Assembly (NCBI GenBank): GCA_041660005.1
Contig: JBAZXG010000007.1
Span: forward strand, 72 to 64,071
Direction: 5' to 3'
Length of the DNA: 64,000 bases
Source: Patescibacteria group bacterium
Lineage (GTDB): Bacteria; Patescibacteriota; Patescibacteriia; GWA2-46-9
Shown here: one piece after another, positions 10,790 through 19,295 of the stretch
Position numbering within the stretch: the stretch's first letter is position 1
Layout of the letters: every line of letters begins with the position of its first letter
The notes under the pieces: model-generated
Seen by the model: only the letters and a program-made list of their open reading frames with translations
The model's database searches: none
What the model was told of the DNA's origin: nothing
Translations under genes and position numbers: made by a program

Positions 10790-12642
10790 TTCGCTTTACT
10801 GGTAAAAAAGATAAAGAAAAAAACGAGAAAGAGCGATTGCTTACGCCAAAAGAGAGCCAAGAAGCTTTGGCCGCAGCCGGGGCGTATCGCGCGGGTGTTA
10901 TTAAGCTGCGCGACCTGGTAGCGCCCTCAGCATTAGAGATTGAGGCGTCGTACCTTAAACTTAATGATCAGTTTATCCGGACGATTTTTGTAACCGATTA
11001 TCCTCGTTACATTACCGTCGGTTGGTTTGCACCCCTCATTAATTTTAGCGGTACTATTGATCTTTCGCTTTACATCTATCCGGTCGATGCTGCTGTTGTG
11101 TTGAAACAACTAAAGAATAAAGTTGGAGCTCTCGAGGCAGAAATTGTTTCCGATCACGAAAAGGGTGCGCCGCGTGATCCTATTAAAGAAACAGGACTTC
11201 ATGACATTGAACGACTTCGCGACGATTTAACGCAGGGTGTTGAGAAGTTTTTTCAATTTGGCCTTTATGTAACGGTTTATTCTGACAGTCTCGAGCACCT
11301 CAATAGTGCCACAGACGACCTTATCCAGTTACTCGGTACGAAGCTTGTCTACGCACGAAAAGTACTCTACCAGGCCGAGCAAGGGTTTATTTCAACAGTG
11401 CCTTTGGGTGTTGATGAATTGCAGATTACTTTCAACATGAATACCTCGCCTATATCGTCGGCGTTTCCTTTCATTTCTTCTGAGCTGACAAGTGACAATG
11501 GTATTTTGTACGGCATTAATCGGCACAACAATAGTCTTATTCTTTTTGATCGATTCTCTTTGCAGAACGCGAATACCGTTGTTTTTGCGACATCCGGTGC
11601 CGGAAAAAGCTATACCATTAAGCTCGAAGTTTTGCGTTCACTCATGATGGGTATTGATATTCTCGTGATCGATCCAGAAAAAGAGTATGAGCACCTCTCT
11701 GAAGCCGTAGGTGGAACGTATCTGAATATTTCCCTTTCAAGCGACAGTAAGGTTAATCCTTTTGATTTGCCGAAAGGTATCGGTGAAGATGTGCAAACAG
11801 GGGACATCATCAGAAGCGCAGTTATTACCATTAAGGGGTTATTGCGTATCATGCTTGGTACCTTAACGAGCGAAGAAGATTCTCTACTCGATCGTGCTCT
11901 TCTTGAAACCTACGCCAAGAAAGACATCACTGCTGACGCCGATCTTTCCCATATTGAACCGCCAGTATTGGCGGATTTGGAGGAAGTTTTAGAGGGCATG
12001 CAATGCACCAAAGACATGGTCGCTCGTTTGCAAAAGTATACGCGCGGTACGTTTGCTGGGCTACTCAATAGTCCAACCAATGTTATCACCGACAATCAAT
12101 TGGTTGTATTTTCCATACGTGATCTTGAAGACGAGTTGCGACCCATTGCGATTTATACGGTCATTAACTACATTTGGAATCTTGTCAGAAGCGAGCGTAA
12201 GAAGCGCATTTTGATTATTGAAGAGGCGTGGATTATGATGCAGCATGAAGATAGTGCGAAATTTATTTTTGCATTGGTCAAGCGCGCCCGCAAATATTAC
12301 CTCGGGCTTACCACGATATCGCAGGATGTTAATGACTTTCTCGGTTCTCCCTATGGTCAGGCCGTTGTTAACAACTCGGCTATGCAGCTTTTACTACGGC
12401 AGTCGCCGGCAGCTATTGATCTCATTCAGAAAACTTTCCTTTTGACCGAAGGTGAGAAGTACCTTTTACTTGAGGGGAGTGTCGGCGAGGGAATCTTTTT
12501 TGCGGGACCAAAGCACGCTGCCATTAAAGTGGTTGCCTCATATACTGAGGATCAGCTTATCACCACAGACCCAAGACAACTGCTAGAGATGGAAGCTGCC
12601 AAAAAACAGTTGAGCATTGATAGTAAATCATCTGACGACTAA
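10786..12642 (+). CDS. virB4: VirB4-like type IV secretion ATPase
   Basis: Walker A ATSGAGKS, IDPEKEY, Walker B IIEEAW, KRARKY..GLTTISQ. Confidence 0.9.
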   Translation: MIRFTGKKDKEKNEKERLLTPKESQEALAAAGAYRAGVIKLRDLVAPSALEIEASYLKLNDQFIRTIFVTDYPRYITVGWFAPLINFSGTIDLSLYIYPVDAAVVLKQLKNKVGALEAEIVSDHEKGAPRDPIKETGLHDIERLRDDLTQGVEKFFQFGLYVTVYSDSLEHLNSATDDLIQLLGTKLVYARKVLYQAEQGFISTVPLGVDELQITFNMNTSPISSAFPFISSELTSDNGILYGINRHNNSLILFDRFSLQNANTVVFATSGAGKSYTIKLEVLRSLMMGIDILVIDPEKEYEHLSEAVGGTYLNISLSSDSKVNPFDLPKGIGEDVQTGDIIRSAVITIKGLLRIMLGTLTSEEDSLLDRALLETYAKKDITADADLSHIEPPVLADLEEVLEGMQCTKDMVARLQKYTRGTFAGLLNSPTNVITDNQLVVFSIRDLEDELRPIAIYTVINYIWNLVRSERKKRILIIEEAWIMMQHEDSAKFIFALVKRARKYYLGLTTISQDVNDFLGSPYGQAVVNNSAMQLLLRQSPAAIDLIQKTFLLTEGEKYLLLEGSVGEGIFFAGPKHAAIKVVASYTEDQLITTDPRQLLEMEAAKKQLSIDSKSSDD

Positions 12643-12668
12643 ATATTAGACGGTATTAGCTAACAATT

Positions 12669-13247
12669 ATGGATAAACGAAAGATTATAATCGTCGCTGG
12701 TGTCACTCTTATCATCCTTGTACTTGTTGGGGGAGGGTTGTGGTATGTGGGTTGGTTTAGCGGTAAATCGCTGTTTTCAAGCTTTCAGACTGCACAGAAT
12801 AAAAACAACTCAGGCTCGAGTGCTAACAATAATACGATGCCCACTCCTGTTACCCCCGTTGTCGTTACGACGGAAACAAATGTTTTACGGCTTGCGCGGT
12901 TGTTTGCAGAACGCTTTGGTAGTTTTTCAACGGACGAAAAGTTTGCTGGCATTGAGGAAATTAAACCTCTTATGACCGATACCTTTGCATCCTGGGTGGA
13001 GAATACCTACATTCCTGAACTGAAAAGCCGTTATCCAAAAGGTTTTGGCGCTGAAACAACGCGCGTTTTGCATAGCACCGTTGTCCAGCAAAATGACGCC
13101 GCTGCAACAGTTCGAGTTGCAGTACAGCGAACCGTTACGAGCGACAGTAGTGGCTCTCTTGTAAAAAATACAACGCTTAGAGTTGACATGGTAAAACGTG
13201 GCGATGGATGGCTCGTCAACGCTGTTTTTGACGAAGGTAAATACTAG
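12669..13247 (+). CDS. Bitopic membrane protein, possibly VirB8/NTF2-like
   Basis: N-terminal TM; ARLFAERFGSFS; ends VKRGDGWLVNAV, an NTF2-like terminal strand. Confidence 0.6.
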   Translation: MDKRKIIIVAGVTLIILVLVGGGLWYVGWFSGKSLFSSFQTAQNKNNSGSSANNNTMPTPVTPVVVTTETNVLRLARLFAERFGSFSTDEKFAGIEEIKPLMTDTFASWVENTYIPELKSRYPKGFGAETTRVLHSTVVQQNDAAATVRVAVQRTVTSDSSGSLVKNTTLRVDMVKRGDGWLVNAVFDEGKY

Positions 13248-13406
13248 AACCCATCTCAAAAATCCTTGTTCACCCAAAACGCACCTATGCCGCCTGCGCC
13301 ACGTCAAAAAATGCTCGAAAGACCTCCAGTATTACTCTGCTTTTTTGTCTGTGGCTCGGCTGGCATATCCACGCTTTGACTCGAAAACTATTTTTGAGAT
13401 GGGTTC
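13247..13406. mobile_element. 160-bp MITE-like element with terminal inverted repeats (copy 1)
   Basis: Left end gaacccatctcaaaaa and right end tttttgagatgggttc form a 16-bp perfect IR; internal nested stems; a second copy lies at 34450-34608. Confidence 0.85.
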
Positions 13407-14142
13407 CAGGAATCGTTTAGTATATTTTTTACGGCGCTTTTTCGCTGACTTTGCTCGTTTATTTTTTCCTTTATATTGTCTTGGTTGCGGAGAGGAAGGT
13501 GTATGGGTTTGCTCTGCGTGCACTGCCTTGCGACCACCGGTTCCTTTGCAGCGCTGTTTTCGTTGTATGGTGCCGAGCGCTTACGGTAAAACATGCAATG
13601 ATTGTAATAAAAAAAGTTCCGTGTCCGGAATTTTTGTTCGAGGGTGGTATGATGCCTGGCTTTGGCGGCCACTCATTAGAGCTTGGAAATATCAACCCGC
13701 CCTTCAGCTCAGTAAGCTACTGGGTTACTTTTTTGAAGAAATATTTACGCTCTTGCCACCCATTCTTGTAGATCCTGTTATTGTCCCTGTTCCGTTAAGT
13801 CGGCGTCGTCGTCGCGCACGTGGTTTTAATCAAGCGGAAGACCTAGCAAAGTTTCTGGCTGCTTATTTTCATAGTTCCGTTTTCTCGGTTTTGCAAAGAA
13901 CTCGCCATACTAAACCGCAAGCTGGTCTTGGTGCAAAGGCACGGTTGCGAAATGTTCGAGGTGTGTTTGTCTATACTGGAACCGAATCAATTACCGGTAG
14001 GGACTGTATTCTTGTTGACGATATTGTAACGACCGGAGCAACCGTGGAAGAGGCGGCTCGTGTGCTCATCGCCTCTGGCGCCGCTAGTGTCTGGGTGGCC
14101 GCCTTAGCGCGTAGTTATGCCGGCCTCAGAAAAGCGCAGTAA
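13399..14142 (+). CDS. comF: ComF family competence protein (zinc ribbon + phosphoribosyltransferase)
   Basis: FPLYCLGC..VCSAC, VPVPL...RGFNQAE, ILVDDIVTTGAT. The ATG at 13399 is the only in-frame start close to the N-terminal motif. Confidence 0.9.
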   Translation: MGSRNRLVYFLRRFFADFARLFFPLYCLGCGEEGVWVCSACTALRPPVPLQRCFRCMVPSAYGKTCNDCNKKSSVSGIFVRGWYDAWLWRPLIRAWKYQPALQLSKLLGYFFEEIFTLLPPILVDPVIVPVPLSRRRRRARGFNQAEDLAKFLAAYFHSSVFSVLQRTRHTKPQAGLGAKARLRNVRGVFVYTGTESITGRDCILVDDIVTTGATVEEAARVLIASGAASVWVAALARSYAGLRKAQ

Positions 14143-14155
14143 CGATTTTGCAGCC

Positions 14156-14191
14156 TTACACAATTTTGTGCGTACGCACAAAATTGTGTAA
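14156..14191. repeat. 36-bp perfect palindrome (copy 1)
   Basis: ttacacaattttgtgcgt|acgcacaaaattgtgtaa. Confidence 0.95.
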
Positions 14192-14340
14192 AAGATTGTA
14201 GAGGACTGCTTGGAGAAATTTTTATAAAATAACTTACCTATTTTTTGTTCGGGCGCAATTTTTATTTACACTACCAACAAAAAGTATCACTCGTTTTTTG
14301 TAGATGTTCCCGTTAGGAATATGTAGGCGGTTTTGTTAAG

Positions 14341-16932
14341 TTATTGGTAGCCGAATTTTTTTACAACCCAGGTTTTTACAATTTGTACCAGTACAAAGTA
14401 GCTCGCTATCATGCCGGCGAGTAGTACAAAATATAAGGCAGGTGGAGGCACTAATCCAAAAAATGTTGCTAGTGGCGTAAACGGTAACGTGAAGGCGAAG
14501 AGTAAAACAAATAGCGTTGTTATCACCACTAACTTGTTGGGTCTGCTCTCTATAAACGGTATTTTGTTTGTGCGTATTACGTAAATAATGAGTATTTGTG
14601 AGCAGATTGATTCGAGAAACCATCCCGTGTGAAAGAGCATTTGAGCGCTCGGCGTCAAGGTGTAGCCAGCAAAAATAAACCACATAATTGCAAAGGTCAT
14701 GAAGTCAAAAATTGAGCTTATAGGACCAATCATGATCATGTATTTTCTGATGAAATCAATGTTCCACGGACGCGGACTTTTTAGGTACTCTGGGTCTACG
14801 TCGTCGGCAGGTAGGGATGTTTGTGAGATATCGTAGAGGAAGTTGTTCAATAGAATCTGCAATGGCAGCATAGGCAAGAAAGGGAGAAATAATGTTGCCC
14901 CGGTCATGCTGAGCATATTGCCAAAGTTGGAGCTCGCGCTCATCTTAATGTATTTCGTGATGTTACCAAACGTTTTTCTTCCCTCAATGACCCCGTCCTC
15001 TATAACCATTAAATCTTTTTCAAGGAGAATCATGTCAGCCGATTCTTTTGCTATATCTACAGCATTATTGACTGAAATGCCGACGTCCGAAGCTTTCAAC
15101 GATGGTGCATCGTTTATTCCATCGCCAAGGTAGCCCACGGTGTGTCCGTTTCTCTGCAAGGCCCGAATAACTCTTTCTTTTTGCAAGGGTGCTAATCTTG
15201 CAAGAATGGTGTTATTGTCGACTGCTCGCTGAAGTTCTGCGTCATCCATACTATCGACGTGTGTCCCGAGCAGTACCCCTTTTATGGTAAGTCCTACGTC
15301 GTTACAAATTTTTCTTGTAACGAGTTCATTGTCTCCCGTAAGAATTTTTACTTCCACGCCCTGCTCTTTTAATGCCGCAAGAACGTTGCTTGCCGAAGGC
15401 TTTGCTGGATCCAAAAAGGCCATGTAGCCGATAAGAATCAGGTCACTTTCATCATTTTTTGAGTACGTTTTTTGAGCAGCAATTTCGTTACGGGCTACCG
15501 CAAGAACCATAAAACCATTGGAACTCAACTTATCGTATTCCTTTTTTAACGTGGTAAGAATCGAATCATCGATTTCGTATAATTTTCCATCGAGTTCGTA
15601 GCGGGTGCATTTTTTGTAGACTTCTTCAGGTGCGCCTTTACAGATTATTTCATATTTCTCTTCATACTTTGTCACGACGGACATGACTTTTCTGGCAAAA
15701 TCAAAGGGAATTTCGTCTATTTTTTCGTATTCATTTACGACAAGTTTTTCGTGGTTCAAAATTGCCTGGTCAATAATATTCTTCAACCCTGTTTGGTAGG
15801 AACTAACCAGGTAGGCATATTTCAGAACACCCTCGTCTTCTTTCCCGGTAACGTCGCAGTGCGTCTCAAGAATAATTTTAGCCATAGTGAGCGTTCCGGT
15901 TTTGTCCGTACAAAGAATGTCCATTGCACCTAAGTTTTGAATGGCGTTGAGTTTTTTCACAATGACTTTTTTCTTGGCCATGGCTACCGCTCCCTTCGAA
16001 AGGTTAATAGTAACGATCATGGGAAGCATTTCCGGAGTAAGGCCGACGGCTACCGCCAAGGAGAAGAGTAGGGCGTCCTTAAAAAAACCATGCTTCAGTA
16101 CAAAGATGATAAAAAAGATGGCTATAGAAAGAATAACGATGAGCCGTATCATGAGCATGGTAAATTGCCGCACACCTTTATCGAAACTGGTTATACCGGT
16201 GGCGCTCGTAATTGTTTTTGAAATTTCACCAAACTGGGTAGCTTGCCCCGTTCGTAAGACAAGCCCTAGCGCAGTTCCACTCACAACGTTGGAGCCCATG
16301 AATGCCATATTAGGAAGTTCTGTGAGTGATGCACATTCCGTAGAGCTAATATCGGCTGTTTTTTCGACAGGGAACGACTCTCCAGTAAGCGATGCTTGGT
16401 TGATAAAGAGGTCCTTGGATGAAAAAATTCGAATATCGGCAGGTATCATGTTGCCAGCAAACAAATCGACGACATCCCCGGGAACAAGTTCTTTGATGTC
16501 AATTTCCTTTTCCTCGCCCGCCCGGTGAACTTCGACCTTCGTACGAACGAGGTCATTCAGTTTCTCAACTGCTTTGTCAGATTTATATTCTTGAACGGAA
16601 TCAAGAGATACGCTGATAAGTATCATGACGCTAACAAATATGGCACTTATCATTTCTCCGAAGAAGAGAGAAAAGAAGATAATGACCAGCAAAATGAGAA
16701 TGAGTGGATTTAGAAGTTTCGAAACAACTTGCACGATCAAAGACTGTGTTTTTTTCTTTGCTGGCTCATTGTAGCCATATTGTCGCAAGCGTGATTCGGC
16801 TTCGGCGCTGTTCAAGCCGTTTGCAGAAGTACTAAATTCTTTGAATAGTTCCTCGATGCCTAGACCAGCAAGCCGGAAGTACTCTGATTGAGCTTGCGAA
16901 CGACCAGTAGTTAAAATTTCTTCGTTTATCAT
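14341..16932 (-). CDS. mgtA: Magnesium-translocating P-type ATPase
   Basis: DKTGTLT, TGES, GDGIND, SSNFGNMLS and PEMLP motifs of the P3B class. Confidence 0.93.
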   Translation of the reverse strand: MINEEILTTGRSQAQSEYFRLAGLGIEELFKEFSTSANGLNSAEAESRLRQYGYNEPAKKKTQSLIVQVVSKLLNPLILILLVIIFFSLFFGEMISAIFVSVMILISVSLDSVQEYKSDKAVEKLNDLVRTKVEVHRAGEEKEIDIKELVPGDVVDLFAGNMIPADIRIFSSKDLFINQASLTGESFPVEKTADISSTECASLTELPNMAFMGSNVVSGTALGLVLRTGQATQFGEISKTITSATGITSFDKGVRQFTMLMIRLIVILSIAIFFIIFVLKHGFFKDALLFSLAVAVGLTPEMLPMIVTINLSKGAVAMAKKKVIVKKLNAIQNLGAMDILCTDKTGTLTMAKIILETHCDVTGKEDEGVLKYAYLVSSYQTGLKNIIDQAILNHEKLVVNEYEKIDEIPFDFARKVMSVVTKYEEKYEIICKGAPEEVYKKCTRYELDGKLYEIDDSILTTLKKEYDKLSSNGFMVLAVARNEIAAQKTYSKNDESDLILIGYMAFLDPAKPSASNVLAALKEQGVEVKILTGDNELVTRKICNDVGLTIKGVLLGTHVDSMDDAELQRAVDNNTILARLAPLQKERVIRALQRNGHTVGYLGDGINDAPSLKASDVGISVNNAVDIAKESADMILLEKDLMVIEDGVIEGRKTFGNITKYIKMSASSNFGNMLSMTGATLFLPFLPMLPLQILLNNFLYDISQTSLPADDVDPEYLKSPRPWNIDFIRKYMIMIGPISSIFDFMTFAIMWFIFAGYTLTPSAQMLFHTGWFLESICSQILIIYVIRTNKIPFIESRPNKLVVITTLFVLLFAFTLPFTPLATFFGLVPPPALYFVLLAGMIASYFVLVQIVKTWVVKKFGYQ

Positions 16933-16961
16933 AGGTTGTTTTGATTAAAGCACGAAAACAG

Positions 16962-17124
16962 TTTATTGCCGAGGATAGCGAGTGAAGTGCAAATAGCAAT
17001 TTGCATTTCCGAGCGACGTTAGAATCAAAGGGTTTAATACCCTGCGCGGCTATGCCGCGCTTCCTTTCTCAATTCGCCCGTCGGCGAGTTGAGAGGTCCA
17101 GAGCTTTGCCCTGGGGTTAATGCC
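16962..17124 (-). repeat. Structured intergenic element in the mgtA 5' region; homologous to 62785-62863
   Basis: Shared blocks attaaccc..gggcaaagc, ggtat.aaaccctttgat.cta.cgtcg and ctatcctcggcaataaa; this copy has extra hairpins. Confidence 0.75.
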
Positions 17125-17129
17125 CTTTA

Positions 17130-17756
17130 TTATAGAGTGCTAATTAATTTCGGCAGGCTTTTAAACGACGCTGTGTATCGGTCCGCATTTGTTTGGGTAT
17201 TTTTTGAATAAATGATCGCCTTCATGTTGGCTGCATGGGCGGCCCTAACATCATTTTCAACGTCTCCGATGTAGACTGTCTCCTCAGGTTTCGTGTCTAG
17301 TTTCTTAGCCGCCAAAAGTAGAGGTTCAGGATGAGGTTTATGGTTTAGCGTGTCTTCATAAGAAATAGTAACCTGAAAGTATTTTTGCATTGCTGCAAGT
17401 TCTGGAGACTCAAAGACACTTTTTTTAACACGGCTCGTGACGATTCCTAGTAGGTATTTTTTGTTCAACGTTCGAACTGTGGGTGCAATGCCGTCGGGCA
17501 TTTTTAGCAGTTCAACAGGATAGAGCGACTTACGATTTTTTCCCATTTCCCATATTTTTTTAATATCTTCATCTTTGGACAAACCGGTCAGTTTTTTTAT
17601 TCCGTCCCACATTGCCAGGTGAAACAGTGGAGGAAACTCTTGTCGAGTGGGTGGGCGGTGTCCGGAGAAAGTCATCAAGTTCTGATAAAATTTTAAATTT
17701 GCTTCAAATGAGTCAAGAAGAACGCCGTCAATGTCAAAAATAACTGCTTTGATCAT
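17130..17756 (-). CDS. HAD family hydrolase (phosphoglycolate phosphatase-like)
   Basis: FDIDGVLLDS, KPHPEP, YIGD..ND. Confidence 0.9.
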   Translation of the reverse strand: MIKAVIFDIDGVLLDSFEANLKFYQNLMTFSGHRPPTRQEFPPLFHLAMWDGIKKLTGLSKDEDIKKIWEMGKNRKSLYPVELLKMPDGIAPTVRTLNKKYLLGIVTSRVKKSVFESPELAAMQKYFQVTISYEDTLNHKPHPEPLLLAAKKLDTKPEETVYIGDVENDVRAAHAANMKAIIYSKNTQTNADRYTASFKSLPKLISTL

Positions 17757-17931
17757 AGTTCAAAAATATATGAAAGTCCGGTTTCGCGGAAGTCTGCGGT
17801 GAACTCGTCTGGTCATTCGACCAGATCCGCCTTTGGCGGAAACCCTTGAGACTCTTGCGGTTCTAATATTCATGGCGAGGACGATGTCCCGAAGTTTAAA
17901 CCAATAAAACGGCACAATAATTAAGACTAAT

Positions 17932-18498
17932 TTACAAAGAAAAACCTGAATGTTTTGAGGTATCAAGCTCTACAGTTAACAGCGCTTTTTCTATACCACT
18001 TGACCAATTGTGGCCACCTTCAACTTCTATCAATTTAATGCCCTTTTGGTTAATAAACTCAACTGCTGTATTGTCGCAAAAATATTTATCTCCTTTGCTA
18101 CGGATTATTATCAACCTGTCTCTTGTCATATCAAGTTGTTTAGAAAAATCCGTACTGAGAAGTTTTATACCGTTTAATAATGTAATAACGAATTTAATTG
18201 GATTTTTAGTAAGCTTCTGTCTTTTGTGAAATAGCCCGTCTGTTGTTATGAATCTCACCCAATGTAGAAACCAAGTCATGATATTTCTTTTAGGAAGTGC
18301 TGGGTTTATTAAGATTATTTTTCCATTAATTCGGCTGCTATTTTGCAAAACAACTAAAGCTCCCAAACTAAAACCAATGACATAATCAGCATGGACAGCA
18401 TTTTCATCTAAGTTTCCAATTTTAATATCAAAGTTGCCGTCGCTCTTATATAGTTTTAAGGCTGTCATCCACCCAGGGAGTAGCAAAACTTTTTTCAT
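17932..18498 (-). CDS. Alpha/beta hydrolase-like protein
   Basis: MKKVLLLPGW, GFSLG nucleophile elbow, EGGHNW. The real start is 18498; the longer ORF-track start overlaps a tRNA. Confidence 0.7.
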   Translation of the reverse strand: MKKVLLLPGWMTALKLYKSDGNFDIKIGNLDENAVHADYVIGFSLGALVVLQNSSRINGKIILINPALPKRNIMTWFLHWVRFITTDGLFHKRQKLTKNPIKFVITLLNGIKLLSTDFSKQLDMTRDRLIIIRSKGDKYFCDNTAVEFINQKGIKLIEVEGGHNWSSGIEKALLTVELDTSKHSGFSL

Positions 18499-18509
18499 AA
18501 TAGTTATTT

Positions 18510-18754
18510 GGTTCGAATCCCTTGCGGGTCTAGCTCTAGTCGGCACTGCGGAGAGGGTGGGATTCGAACCCACGAGACCCTTTCGGGTCTAACAGTTTTC
18601 AAGACTGTCGCCATCGACCACTCGGCCACCTCTCCGCACTACCGACTAGTTTTTCCGCCTGTCGTTCGAGACCCTGAGGGGTTATCAGACCCCGAACGGG
18701 AGGCGGATCAGCCTGTGGCTGGCAAGACTGCTCGTTTCAACCACTCACGCCTCC
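18510..18754 (-). pseudogene. Degenerate outer tRNA-Ser(UGA) 'ghost' surrounding the intact tRNA-Ser
   Basis: 5' part ggaggcgtgagtggttgaaacgagcagtcttg (18754-18723), then aaaact, then after the inner gene gctagacccgcaaggg-attcgaacc. Confidence 0.75.
18549..18635 (-). tRNA. tRNA-Ser(UGA)
   Basis: ggagaggtggccgagtggtcgatggcg acagt-ct-TGA-aa-actgt, long variable arm agacccgaaagggtct, gggttcgaatccc, ends ctctccG; no encoded CCA. Confidence 0.95.
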
Positions 18755-18827
18755 TTAGACATTAGACTATTCTAAAAATAACACATGGCCGCCTTTGCGA
18801 CCATAAAGTTACGCTTTAACGAATTTG

Positions 18828-19041
18828 TGGCGGAAGGGGGCTACCCGACTCTTGTCAGAATGACATCTGTGGGGCTGGCAGTCTCATTCAGGCGGGGATT
18901 CGGTCACAACTCTCACCTCGTTCCCTCGGTTCGGTCGCGACCCCGCCTCGCGGTCTTGTTCGCCAGATTGCGTCACAAGACATCGCTCCGGCTTTCTCAT
19001 CCCTCACGCGAGCAAAGCAGTTTGCTCGCTCCCTTCCTCGG
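18828..19041 (-). pseudogene. Disrupted duplicate of the tRNA-Ser(GCU) 3' half, with palindromic insertions
   Basis: Minus strand ccgagg ... cgaatccc ... ccccttccgcca, separated by hairpin-rich inserts. Confidence 0.6.
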
Positions 19042-19073
19042 CGCTTTTATTTTGATCTTTTAAGGAAACTCCT

Positions 19074-19164
19074 CGGAAGGGGAGGGATTCGAACCCTCGG
19101 TACGGTAAAAACACCATACAACGGTTTAGCAAACCGTCGCCTTAGACCGCTCAGCCACCCTTCC
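19074..19164 (-). tRNA. tRNA-Ser(GCU)
   Basis: ggaagggtggctgagcggtctaaggcg acggt-tt-GCT-aa-accgt, long variable arm, gagggttcgaatccctc. Confidence 0.95.
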
Positions 19165-19295
19165 ATGTTTACTTTGTTCTATTTAATGTGCAGAACCAGT
19201 GGTCGCAAGTGTAGCGATTGTCACCTGTTACGTCAACGAGCTTGATTGACCTTGGGTTTAAAAGATACTATAATTACTGTTAGATAAGCTTCTTT

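Noticed and set aside
13198-13398. N-terminal 67-aa extension of ComF in the ORF track
   Set aside because: It overlaps the upstream gene and runs through the repeated TIR element; it is not ComF-like.
14156-14191. Protelomerase (hairpin telomere) site
   Set aside because: There are two internal copies among ordinary genes and no protelomerase gene in the window; kept only as an unexplained palindrome.
17772-17782. RNase P RNA suggested by gaaagtcc
   Set aside because: The intergenic space is too short and no matching 3' P4 strand (aaac.cggctta) is present.
18499-18573. N-terminal extension (MGSNPTLSA...) of the hydrolase ORF
   Set aside because: It is a translation of the tRNA-Ser T-arm; the real start is 18498.
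18508-19063. ORFs 18508-18765 and 18785-19063
   Set aside because: They lie antisense to tRNA and palindromic repeat DNA and have no protein-like features.
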